From Mizuhopecten yessoensis (lineage: Eukaryota), in assembly GCF_002113885.1 (NCBI RefSeq), contig NW_018480047.1, forward strand, positions 158,690-222,689: a DNA stretch of 64,000 bases, in the 5' to 3' direction. A program made the position numbers and the translations under genes. The notes beneath the pieces are model-generated. The model saw only the letters and a program-made list of their open reading frames with translations. It did no database searches and had not been told where the DNA came from. How positions within the stretch are numbered: the stretch's first letter is position 1; every line of letters starts with the position of its first letter. Of this stretch, positions 12,966-25,882 are shown one piece after another.

Positions 12966-15734
12966 GTAAAGACAGGGGGAATGGTAGGATGAAAATAAAG
13001 AAAATCAATGGTCCTTGCACAAGTTCAATATTTGATTTAAATCTTACTGTTATCATTATAGGTGAATCTTGAGTCTCTTAAGAGTAGCTGTTAAATGAAA
13101 CAGAGAAACAGAAATGTTTACATCCCTCGCTCCCATGCCTGCTTTACTTTGCCCTCCCAATATTGGGCACTATCTTCTGAAGTGAAATAGATATGACTGT
13201 GAAATGATTTCTGAATAAAATCTGCCTTGATTGCTTGATAAACGAAAATGAAAAATGTATTTTCTTGTTGGAGAAATGTTGTATAGGTAATATTGTATTG
13301 AAAAATGTAATTTATGCCACATTCAAATTCCCTTATTCCCCAGTGAATAAATTGGCAATAGGATATACTTAATTTACATACTCTATGCAAAGATGGGGAT
13401 TACAATATATTTCTGACATACTATTACGTAAAATGTTCTTTTTTCGGGATTCTGACATCAGATATACTGCCGTTTGTCTGGAACCCAAAACAAGCCATGA
13501 ATATAAAGTCTACCCTAGGTTTTTATTTACGCCGCGGATAAGTACAGATACCGGTGATGCGATGACACATAATTACCTTAAGAATGAAATTTTTCTTGAC
13601 ATGGTGACACTTTGCGCTTTCTTATCGCTAGCTGTCTTCCCTAAATCAATATAACAATTTTCGGTTGTAACTTTTCCTGTTTTCAGGCCAGACACAAGTC
13701 AAGAGCAAGATGGAGTTTCCATCAAATAATTGCAATATTTGACACGAAATCGACCAAGATCAGAATCAAAAGCCAACAAGATTGAGAAGAACAGAAAAGA
13801 GCAAATGATGACATCACTATCGCATTAAAACCTGGCCCTCTGTGTTCCATTTCAACCGAAAGATTGCACTTTCTCTGCCATCTAATTCTAGAAATTTGAC
13901 GCAGCAGTTTAAAAGGAAACACAGCAGGAGCCATTAAAAACGGTCTAAATCGACTATTTTGAAAACCTGTTGATGAGATGAAATGACATTCGAAGCTCAT
14001 GCAAAATGTCAACTGTGTATGACAGAGCATCGTCAAATCCATATTACGAGAAATTCTGCCGTCTGCTCTCTGTGCCGTCTGCTCTCTGTGATCCTATACC
14101 TCCAAGCTAAGAAAGCATTGATTTTTTGAGCCACTTTCTATCCTATCTGTCAATAGCAAGGTTTCATATAGGTCTGTCGGGTTGTTTTTTTATTATTTCT
14201 TAAAAATATAATACATACATAGAATAAACCATGTGTTTTTCACCTTCAAAAGAAATATAGGCAACAAAGTTATGTAGTTTTTATGTTCTTTACAAACAGT
14301 AAATTACAGAACAAACCTGCTATACCATAAAGACACCCTTGCATCTGTGTCTTATACTTAAATTTGTTAGCCTAACCTTCATGGAACCAAAACGAATTCT
14401 GAAACAGTATTATCATGACCTGACCATAAGCTTGAGAAATGAAATTTGACCAAAAGAAATAATCAAGAACAGGCAATTGGACTTAGATTATGGAAAAAGA
14501 ATTGACCAATAGAAAATTGTAAAACAATTGAATGACAGTGAAGTTACCTAGCTGGTCTTTACTTGTGTCATGTTGAATATGATCCACGAATCTCAAAACA
14601 GCAAAGAAGAACAGGCAGAAACCTAGCACTGTAATACAGGGCCTTAAAATAATTACCATTCTTCCTCAGATCTAAAATCCTAAGTTGGCCGTTATCAAAT
14701 TCTATTCTATTTCAACTTTCAGACCCCTTATCTGTGCCCCACCTCTCTTGTTTCCTTGTCCAAACGATGCTCTATACCAAAGCAGGTAATAAAATCTCAC
14801 CTTCGGTACCTAGGTATTCTTTTAAATATCAGAGTCTTCTTTGTAAAAGGATATTTTTTACGTAATTAGGTAAAAATCTCCCAACCCATACCAAAGGATT
14901 ACCTCTCTTAAACATTACCCCCTTTTTACTTTAATTGGCCCCGCCCCTTTAGGTCAAAGGACAAAGTGTTACTGTCAATGTCACTCAAAAAATATTTTAT
15001 AGTTACACCCATTTCTAAGGCACATCACCTTCAACTATAGGGAGATCCAAAGTCAGAGGTGAGCATAGGCACTAGATCACAACCTACATGTACAACATGT
15101 TAAGGAATTTGAAACACAGCATGCTTTAATGCTTATGTAAGTGTTGGTTCAGCTCATCTTCTGTAAGACTTAAATAATTATATAGCTATTGTTTATCACA
15201 TGACAGCTATGGATGAAATTACTGCTTGTTTATGTCACCTTAAATACTCAGTGTACACATTAGAAATCAAATACCAATGTAAATGAACAATCACTTGGGT
15301 AGAAACCTGACAGCTGTCACTAATTAAATTTTTAAAGAAGTTTGAAAATCGAAAATGTAGTCAAAATTGGCAAGACAGTGTTTGAACTTCTTTTTTATCC
15401 TTTCCTCTAAATAATATCAATCGATCATAATACTTGATATAAAATTACACAGAAATTCTTGAAGAAAAAAAAGTGTTCAATCAAAAAGTAAAGAAAGGTT
15501 CTATCAATAACTTTATTCATAAAACAGAAAGCAAGACCCTACCATAGTTCACAAAACAATAACTAGTGGACCATGACAGCTATTGTACTGACAGCTGACA
15601 TACAACAGGGACATCAGCGTAAAGCTGATGATTTCATGGTTGAGGGTGTGTGGCAACCTGAAACAACACGACAGATAATTGTGTGAGGACCACACTAAAG
15701 CACAGTAAAACAGGACCTAAACTATGTCTTCATG

Positions 15735-16984
15735 AAAAACAAGGTTACCGCGAGCGGTATATAATACGCCCGTCACACATTGAATGAGCAGTTGTTTGTA
15801 TGATTGAAATATATGAAGTATTTGTGAGTAATTAATATTAAAAGAGAAATCATTCAACATAACTGGTAGATCAATGAGTGCAATACAACATCGTGGAATG
15901 CATGCATCGCATTAATGAAACCAAGGGTAATAACTCCAGTAATTACGGTCGGATAATCGTTATCAAACTTGTCCGTGGTTTCATGGTAATTAACCTTGTT
16001 GTGAAGTTTGAAGTTAATCCGTTCATAATTACTCGAGATATCGCGGACACTGTTTCGGCAAGTCCATAAAGGGGCATTACTCCACAAATTATGGTCGGAT
16101 CATGTCGGTTATCGACCTTGTCCGAGGTTTCATGGTAATTAACCTTGTTGTGAAGTTTGAAGTTAATCCGTAAATAATTACTCGAGATATCGAGCGGACA
16201 CTGTTTTGGCAAATCCATAAAGGGGCATAACTCCACAAATTATGGTCGGATAATGGCGGTTATCGACCTTGTCCGAGGTTTCATGGTAATTAACCTTGTT
16301 GTGAAGTTTGAAGTTAATCCGTAAATAATTACTCGAGATATCGAGCGGACACTGTTTCGGCAAATCCATAAAGGAGCATAACTCCACAAATTATGGTCGG
16401 ATAATGGCGGTTATCGAACTTGTCCAAGCTTTCATGGTAATTAACCTTGTTGTGTAGTTTGAAGTTAATCCGTTAATAATTGCTCGAGATATCGAGCGGA
16501 CACTGTTTCGGCAAGTCCATAAAGGGGCATTACTCCACAAATTATGGTCGGATAATGGCGGTTATCGAACTTGTCCAAGCTTTCATGGTAATTAACCTTG
16601 TTGTGTAGTTTGAAGTTAATCCGTTAATAATTGCTCGAGATATCGAGCGGACACTGTTTCGGCAAGTCCATAAAGGGGCATTACTCCACAAATTATGGTC
16701 GGATCATGTCGGTTATCGACCTTGTCCGAGGTTTCATGGTAATTAACCTTGTTGTGAAGTTTGAAGTTAATCCGTTCATAATTACTCGAGATATCGCGGA
16801 CACTGTTTCGGCAAGTCCATAAAGGGGCATTACTCCACAAATTATGGTCGGATCATGTCGGTTATCGACCTTGTCCGAGGTTTCATGGTAATTAACCTTG
16901 TTGTGAAGTTTGAAGTTAATCCGTTAATAATTACTCGAGATATCGAGCGGACATCGTTTGCCCGTCCGCCCTCCCACCCGCCCA
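15735..16984 (-). mobile_element. HINE family A copy 2 with seven 149-151 bp tandem core repeats; one terminus missing
   Basis: Same left end as copy 1; GTTATC anchor at 15959,16108,16259,16410,16561,16712,16861; ends in a degenerate (GCCC)n tract without the terminal hairpin. Confidence 0.85.
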
Positions 16985-17145
16985 GTACCCCGGTGATTGT
17001 TGTTACTGTAGACTGGTTGTACAGTCCAGTACCCCCGTGATTGTTGTTACTGTAGACTGGTTGTACAGTCCAGTACCCCCATGATTGTTGTTACTGTAGA
17101 CTGGTTGTACAGTCCAGTACCCCGGTGAGTGTTGTCACTGTAGAC
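16983..17145. repeat. 44-bp tandem repeat, ~3.5 copies
   Basis: CAGTACCCC at 16983,17027,17071,17115. Confidence 0.9.
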
Positions 17146-17224
17146 AATCAATGAAAATGAGTCAAGGGTCTAGTATACACAGTACAGTCAGAGATGTGAC
17201 TGAAAGAATGTATCATTATTCTAG

Positions 17225-17811
17225 ATCCTACACTCAAGGTACAGTACACTGAAGGTTGTATAGTTTACTCAAGGTCATACAGTAAAAGGTTGTACAGTAC
17301 TATGAGACCCTACACTCAAGGTCATAGAGTACACTCAAGATTGTACATCGTACGGTACTGTGAGACTCTACACTCAAGATCGTACAGTACTGTGAGACCC
17401 TACACTCAAGGTCGTAGAGTACACTCAAGATCGTACAGTACTATGAGACCCTACACTCAAGGTTGTAGAGTACACTCAAGATCGTACAGTACTATGAGAC
17501 CCTACACTCAAGGTCATAGAGTACACTCAAGGTCGTAGAGTACACTCAAGATCGTACAGTACTATGAAACCCTACACTCAAGGTCATAGAGTACACTCAA
17601 GATCGTACAGCACTATGAGACCCTACACTCAAGGTCGTAGAGTACACTCAAGATTGTACAGTACTGTGAGACCCTACACTCAAGGTTGTAGAGTACACTC
17701 AAGAACGTACAGTACTGTGAGACCCTACACTCAAGGTCGTAGAATACACTCAAGATTGTACAGTACTGTGAGACCCTACACTCAAGGTCGTAGAGTAAAC
17801 TCAAGGTTGTA
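17225..17811. repeat. 51-bp tandem repeat, ~10 copies, with two TACACTCAAG subunits per unit
   Basis: Unit GAGACCCTACACTCAAGGTCGTAGAGTACACTCAAGATCGTACAGTACTAT. Confidence 0.92.
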
Positions 17812-17966
17812 ATTCACTAAAATGAAAAATAAAGGAACTGTAGGGACACAGACAATAAGATAACTGTAAATAGGACACCATGATATTGTAACATTGGAGG
17901 TGACTGGCCAATTCTGGCTCTTCTATTTATTGAATGGTTCATCTTTTTCCCCTTTTCCTTTTTTCC

Positions 17967-18875
17967 CAAAGAGGTATGGCGGGTTGCTATGCCTATTTCC
18001 CCAAAGTTATGTTACGCTCGTGCGCGCATCCAACCGTGCACTGTTATGATGCGTCCTCAGGTATTTTTATACAGGTATACGTAGCTATATCAGAATCCTG
18101 TGTCTAAGAATAGATTATTGTAAACAGACGAATTTAAGGCCATGGGTATTAATACATGCATTTAACGATAAAGACTCAACACAATGCTTATTTCACGTTT
18201 TTTATATTGATTTATAACAAATTATACGCTTATATGTAATACAAGATCGTGCAATCTATACGAAACAGTTTTGAACGGATTTAATTTTCATCACTATTAC
18301 CTGCATTCGGTAAAACGGTAGCATTCAGAATGAGTTCTGAGAAAGTATCCGGTCTCGGGCGATAATCCGCATGTCACACTAAATAGTAACGAAATTATTA
18401 CTTACAAAACTGATAAATCAATAGGTATGTTATTAAAATGTAAACAAATTACAAACTGACTTAACCTGAGAAACACCTGTCGCAGTTTAGAGAAACTTGA
18501 TCAACCCTGTTTTTCATTATTTGAGCACTTTCCGAAAGGAGGACCACTTTTCCGTAAGACGATTTGTTTTTACATATTACATCACGGTCACAAAAAAAAT
18601 ATTCAAAAGTTGGTCCTCAGATGGGAAAGTGTTGAAAGTATTTTTTAAGTCCGGGAAACCCCATCACTTTCATAGATATAGTGTATATGGCTATATTTGC
18701 AGTATCATATTAGCAATACCTAATTTCTCAGCAGTTTAAAAACTCATATTCAATTGGTTCTATATCTTTTGAATGCATTTTTGATACACGAAATGTTTTA
18801 TTCCTTAATTTGTTTTCCCGTTTTCATAAATGCCGACTTAGGGAAATACGGGCAGTTTTCCGCCATACCTCTTTG
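17967..18875. mobile_element. 909-bp non-autonomous TIR element, superfamily unassigned
   Basis: Perfect 16-bp TIR CAAAGAGGTATGGCGG / CCGCCATACCTCTTTG with further imperfect match (TATTTCCC); CpG-rich interior; no clear TSD. Confidence 0.75.
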
Positions 18876-19234
18876 TATCAAAGGTATCAGGTATGGCAAG
18901 ATTGACATTGCATAACAAATCCTATCCAGGTTTTATTTCCTTCCGACGACAAAGATGTGTGTCTGGGTGACACGCTCAATAAATACATACAATAAAGACG
19001 ACAGATCACATAACCATGTAAACAGAAATATACAGTAAACAGCAAACCAGATTCTGTAGCTATGGCAACAAGAACTTGTACACAAATAATTTTATGATAG
19101 CTGACAACATATTTTTATTCTCTGGAAAAGCCTTAGAAACGATGAAAACCAAAATAACGATACTGATGCTTGCTAACCCAATTCAATAATCATGGAAAAC
19201 AAACTTTTAGTATACTGATCAATGCTTACAAAAC

Positions 19235-22200
19235 TTTGTACCCTTGGAAACCAAGTTAGATCTACTAATGATTGGTAACAAAACTATGTACCCATGGAAA
19301 CAAAGTTAGATCTTCTGATGATGGGTAACAAAACTATGTACCCATGGAAACAAAGTTAGATCTTCTGATGATGGGTAACAAAACTATGTACCCATGGAAA
19401 CATAGTTAGATCTACTAATGATGGGTAACAGAACTATGTACCCATGGAAACAAAGTTAGATCTACTAATGATGGGTAACAAAACTATGTACCCATGGAAA
19501 CATAGTTAGATCTACTAATGATGGGTAACAGAACTATGTACCCATGGAAACAAAGTTAGATCTACTAATGATGGGTAACAAAACTATGTACCCATGGAAA
19601 CATAGTTAGATCTACTAATGATGGGTAACAGAACTATGTACCCATGGAAACAAAGTTAGATCTACTAATGATGGGTAACAAAACTATGTACCCATGGAAA
19701 CATAGTTAGATCTACTAATGATGGGTAACAGAACTATGTACCCATGGAAACAAAGTTAGATCTACTAATGATGGGTAACAAAACTATGTACCCATGGAAA
19801 CATAGTTAGATCTACTAATGATGGGTAACAGAACTATGTACCCATGGAAACAAAGTTAGATCTACTAATGATGGGTAACAAAACTATGTACCCATGGAAA
19901 CATAGTTAGATCTACTAATGATGGGTAACAGAACTATGTACCCATGGAAACAAAGTTAGATCTACTAATGATGGGTAACAAAACTATGTACCCATGGAAA
20001 CATAGTTAGATCTACTAATGATGGGTAACAGAACTATGTACCCATGGAAACAAAGTTAGATCTACTAATGATGGGTAACAAAACTATGTACCCATGGAAA
20101 CATAGTTAGATCTACTAATGATGGGTAACAGAACTATGTACCCATGGAAACAAAGTTAGATCTACTAATGATGGGTAACAAAACTATGTACCCATGGAAA
20201 CATAGTTAGATCTACTAATGATGGGTAACAGAACTATGTACCCATGGAAACAAAGTTAGATCTACTAATGATGGGTAACAAAACTATGTACCCATGGAAA
20301 CATAGTTAGATCTACTAATGATGGGTAACAGAACTATGTACCCATGGAAACAAAGTTAGATCTACTAATGATGGGTAACAAAACTATGTACCCATGGAAA
20401 CATAGTTAGATCTACTAATGATGGGTAACAGAACTATGTACCCATGGAAACAAAGTTAGATCTACTAATGATGGGTAACAAAACTATGTACCCATGGAAA
20501 CATAGTTAGATCTACTAATGATGGGTAACAGAACTATGTACCCATGGAAACAAAGTTAGATCTACTAATGATGGGTAACAAAACTATGTACCCATGGAAA
20601 CATAGTTAGATCTACTAATGATGGGTAACAGAACTATGTACCCATGGAAACAAAGTTAGATCTACTAATGATGGGTAACAAAACTATGTACCCATGGAAA
20701 CATAGTTAGATCTACTAATGATGGGTAACAGAACTATGTACCCATGGAAACAAAGTTAGATCTACTAATGATGGGTAACAAAACTATGTACCCATGGAAA
20801 CATAGTTAGATCTACTAATGATGGGTAACAGAACTATGTACCCATGGAAACAAAGTTAGATCTACTAATGATGGGTAACAAAACTATGTACCCATGGAAA
20901 CATAGTTAGATCTACTAATGATGGGTAACAGAACTATGTACCCATGGAAACAAAGTTAGATCTACTAATGATGGGTAACAAAACTATGTACCCATGGAAA
21001 CATAGTTAGATCTACTAATGATGGGTAACAGAACTATGTACCCATGGAAACAAAGTTAGATCTACTAATGATGGGTAACAAAACTATGTACCCATGGAAA
21101 CAAAGTTAGATCTACTAATGATGGGTAACAGAACTATGTACCCATGGAAACAAAGTTAGATCTACTAATGATGGGTAACAAAACTATGTACCCATGGAAA
21201 CAAAGTTAGATCTACTAATGATGGGTAACAGAACTATGTACCCATGGAAACAAAGTTAGATCTACTAATGATGGGTAACAAAACTATGTACCCATGGAAA
21301 CAAAGTTAGATCTACTAATGATGGGTAACAGAACTATGTACCCATGGAAACAAAGTTAGATCTACTAATGATGGGTAACAAAACTATGTACCCATGGAAA
21401 CAAAGTTAGATCTACTAATGATGGGTAACAGAACTATGTACCCATGGAAACAAAGTTAGATCTACTAATGATGGGTAACAGAACTATGTACCCATGGAAA
21501 CAAAGTTAGATCTACTAATGATGGGTAACAAAACTATGTACCCATGGAAACAAAGTTAGATCTACTAATGATGGGTAACAGAACTATGTACCCATGGAAA
21601 CAAAGTTAGATCTACTAATGATGGGTAACAAAACTATGTACCCATGGAAACAAAGTTAGATCTACTAATGATGGGTAACAGAACTATGTACCCATGGAAA
21701 CAAAGTTAGATCTACTAATGATGGGTAACAAAACTATGTACCCATGGAAACAAAGTTAGATCTACTAATGATGGGTAACAGAACTATGTACCCATGGAAA
21801 CAAAGTTAGATCTACTAATGATGGGTAACAAAACTATGTACCCATGGAAACAAAGTTAGATCTACTAATGATGGGTAACAGAACTATGTACCCATGGAAA
21901 CAAAGTTAGATCTACTAATGATGGGTAACAAAACTATGTACCCATGGAAACAAAGTTAGATCTACTAATGATGGGTAACAGAACTATGATCCAATGGAAA
22001 CAAAGTTAGATCTACTAATGATGGGTAACAAAACTATGATCCAATGGAAACAAAGTTAGATCTACTAATGATGGGTAACAAAACTATGATCCAATGGAAA
22101 CAAAGTTAGATCTACTAATGATGGGTAACAAAACTATGATCCAATGGAAACAAAGTTAGATCTACTAATGATGGGTAACAAAACTATGATCCAATGGAAA

Positions 22201-23575
22201 CAAAGTTAGATCTACTAATGATGGGTAACAAAACTATGATCCAATGGAAACAAAGTTAGATCTACTAATGATGGGTAACAAAACTATGATCCAATGGAAA
22301 CAAAGTTAGATCTACTAATGATGGGTAACAAAACTATGATCCAATGGAAACAAAGTTAGATCTACTAATGATGGGTAACAAAACTATGATCCAATGGAAA
22401 CAAAGTTAGATCTACTAATGATGGGTAACAGAACTATGTACCCATGGAAACAAAGTTAGATCTACTAATGATGGGTAACAGAACTATGTACCCATGGAAA
22501 CAAAGTTAGATCTACTAATGATGGGTAACAGAACTATGTACCCATGGAAACAAAGTTAGATCTACTAATGATGGGTAACAGAACTATGTACCCATGGAAA
22601 CAAAGTTAGATCTACTAATGATGGGTAACAGAACTATGTACCCATGGAAACAAAGTTAGATCTACTAATGATGGGTAACAGAACTATGTACCCATGGAAA
22701 CAAAGTTAGATCTACTAATGATGGGTAACAGAACTATGTACCCATGGAAACAAAGTTAGATCTACTAATGATGGGTAACAGAACTATCTACCCATGGAAA
22801 CAAAGTTAGATCTACTAATGATGGGTAACAGAACTATGATCCAATGGAAACAAAGTTAGATCAACTAATGATGGGTAACAAAACTATGTGTCCATGGAAA
22901 CAAAGTTAGATCAACTAATGATGGGTAACAAAAGTATGTACCCATGGAAACAAAGTTAGGTCTACTAATGATGGGTAAAAACTATGATCCAATGGAAACA
23001 AAGTTAGATCAACTAATGATGGGTAACAGATCTATTATCCAATGTAAACAAAATTAGATCTACTAATGATGGGTAACAGAACTATGATCCAATGGAAACA
23101 AAGTTAGATCAACTAATGATGGGTAACAAAACTATGTGTCCATGGAAACAAAGTTAGATCAACTAATGATGGGTAACAAAAGTATGTACCCATGGAAACA
23201 AAGTTAGGTCTACTAATGATGGGTAAAAACTATGATCCAATGGAAACAAAGTTAGATCAACTAATGATGGGTAACAGATCTATTATCCAATGTAAACAAA
23301 ATTAGGTCTACTAATGATGGGTAACAGAACTATGATCCAATGGAAACAAAGTTAGATCAACTAATGATGGGTAACAAAACTATGTACCCATGGAAACAAA
23401 GTTAAATCTACTAATGATGGGTAACAAAACTATGTACCCATGGAAACAAAGTTAGATCTACTAATGATGGGTAACAGAACTATGATCCAATGGAAACAAA
23501 GTTAGGTCTACTAATGATGGGTAACAGAACTATGATCCAATGGAAACAAAGTTAGATCTTCTGATGATGGCTAAC
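19235..23575. repeat. 50-bp satellite, ~86 copies, with higher-order blocks
   Basis: Unit CCCATGGAAACAAAGTTAGATCTACTAATGATGGGTAACA(A/G)AACTATGTA. Confidence 0.97.
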
Positions 23576-24876
23576 AAAATCTGTAACCATGACATCAAGA
23601 TAATTATTTAAACAGCTGATGACATCTGGCAATTTTCTGTAACCATAGCATCAATGGCACAATGAATGGAATACAGGAATACAATGAAGACGATGACCAA
23701 CAAAACCAGTATCAGAGGCAACAAGAGCATGTTTGAAAACTACATGAAAAATGTCGACCAGTGATGCAGTGGTGGGCGCTACCCTCCAAAAGTGCTGGCC
23801 TGAAAGGCAGTGATATAGACAGCATTAGATTTGTTGGTAGAATGACACTTACAAAGAAAAGCACTCAGGTCCCCATCCCTGCCAAACACTGATAAGATGC
23901 CGGCTCTGATACACAGTAATGATTACTTAACTCAACTTAATTTCTTTTCCTCCAACTTTTGAGATCTTGAAAGAGGCGTTTCTGGTGATGCTGGGTTTAA
24001 GTTTCTACGTGTTTCTATCTTTCATGTTTGGCACAGCGATAACTACAGCAGAAATGTACATGTTCCCGCATCTAATTCCAGCATTTTTATCACATTTTTT
24101 TTATTTCTTCCTCATTCGCCATTTTCAGATTTTATGGTGTGAAATAGGACAAATACAACTGTTATCTTCCTTTTGGACTTCTTAAAATAAAACTTAGAAA
24201 TGGAAAAATGTGTTCTTTCTAATACACAAAACGGTCTATGTTTCTGTAGCGTATGTATATAAATTAATCTATAAAACTTTATCTGATACCTAATGCATAG
24301 CTGAGCTTTTCTGTACGATAAGAGTGTGTCCTTAATCTCTAGGTGTAGGAGTGGAATAGAAAATCTTTTAAATTAAAATCTGAAGTGTTTTTCTAATGAA
24401 ATGCTTAATGATGATTTCTTTAAAACTTAAATTATTTCATTTTTAGGAAGTTATTCAATTTGATATTTAAATTTAAGATCCTTTGGGTATCTGATTATAA
24501 CTTGTAATGTGATCAACACAACAGATCACTAACCACCATTATACTTACCTGGTATATGAATATTATCTTACTAATTATAAATTAAAATTTTCAAGCGTTC
24601 ATCAACTTAGCTTCTGTCCTGAAAACATAGGTGAAGAAATGACTATTTTCTTTTGGCTGAAATTTAATTATATTTTGAACTAAAGTAAGGATTTTGATAA
24701 CAGCTTTTTCTGACTGAAGCTATTAGCAGGACCCACAAGGTAGGTGATAACATGTTTATCACTGAGTATATCAAAACATCACTGAGTCATCCTGTTGTCA
24801 GTTCAATCAGTAAAACATAAATTATCAACTGCACTCACGAGATACCAACAGATTCTCTACCTGTCATGGAACTACA

Positions 24877-25581
24877 CAAAGGGGAGACAACTCTAGTGAA
24901 GGGATTTAAAGGAGATACAACTCTAGTGAAGGGAGTTAAAGGGGAGACAACTCTAGTGAAGGGAGACAAAGGGGGGGACAAGTCTAGTGAAGGGAGACAA
25001 AGGGGGGACAAGTCTAGTGAAGGGAGTTAAAGGGGAGACAACTCTAGTGAAGGGAGACAAAGGGGGGGACAAGTCTAGTGAAGGGAGACAAAGGGGGGAC
25101 AAGTCTAGTGAAGGGAGTTAAAGGGGAGACAACTCTAGTGAAGGGAGACAAAGGGGGGGACAAGTCTAGTGAAGGGAGACAAAGGGGGGACAAGTCTAGT
25201 GAAGGGAGTTAAAGGGGAGACAACTCTAGTGAAGGGAGACAAAGGGGGGGACAAGTCTAGTGAAGGGAGACAAAGGGGGGACAAGTCTAGTGAAGGGAGT
25301 TAAAGGGGAGACAACTCTAGTGAAGGGAGACAAAGGGGGGGACAAGTCTAGTGAAGGGAGACAAAGGGGGGACAAGTCTAGTGAAGGGAGTTAAAGGGGA
25401 GACAACTCTAGTGAAGGGAGACAAAGGGGGGGACAAGTCTAGTGAAGGGAGACAAAGGGGGGACAAGTCTAGTGAAGGGAGTTAAAGGGGAGACAACTCT
25501 AGTGAAGGGAGACAAAGGGGGGGACAAGTCTAGTGAAGGGAGACAAAGGGGGGACAAGTCTAGTGAAGGGAGTTAAAGGGG
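24877..25581. repeat. 30/31-bp G-rich satellite organised as a 91-bp trimer
   Basis: GGGAGTTAAA recurs at 24931, 25022, 25113...; array runs into gap 25582-25882. Confidence 0.95.
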
Positions 25582-25882
25582 NNNNNNNNNNNNNNNNNNN
25601 NNNNNNNNNNNNNNNNNNNNNNNNNNNNNNNNNNNNNNNNNNNNNNNNNNNNNNNNNNNNNNNNNNNNNNNNNNNNNNNNNNNNNNNNNNNNNNNNNNNN
25701 NNNNNNNNNNNNNNNNNNNNNNNNNNNNNNNNNNNNNNNNNNNNNNNNNNNNNNNNNNNNNNNNNNNNNNNNNNNNNNNNNNNNNNNNNNNNNNNNNNNN
25801 NNNNNNNNNNNNNNNNNNNNNNNNNNNNNNNNNNNNNNNNNNNNNNNNNNNNNNNNNNNNNNNNNNNNNNNNNNNNNNNNNN

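Noticed and set aside
13385-14110. CpG-rich segment with ORFs 13385-13654 and 13722-14042
   Set aside because: Probably a transposon interior, but I could not identify termini or protein similarity.
23853-24181. Possible coding exon on minus (TTTTAAG acceptor, GTAAGT donor) and hydrophobic plus-strand ORF 23967-24185
   Set aside because: The phase-compatible frame has a stop, and I see no recognisable domain or start context.
24541-24552. ATACTTACCTGG as the U1 snRNA 5' end
   Set aside because: The match stops after 12 nt; it is the complement of a consensus splice donor.
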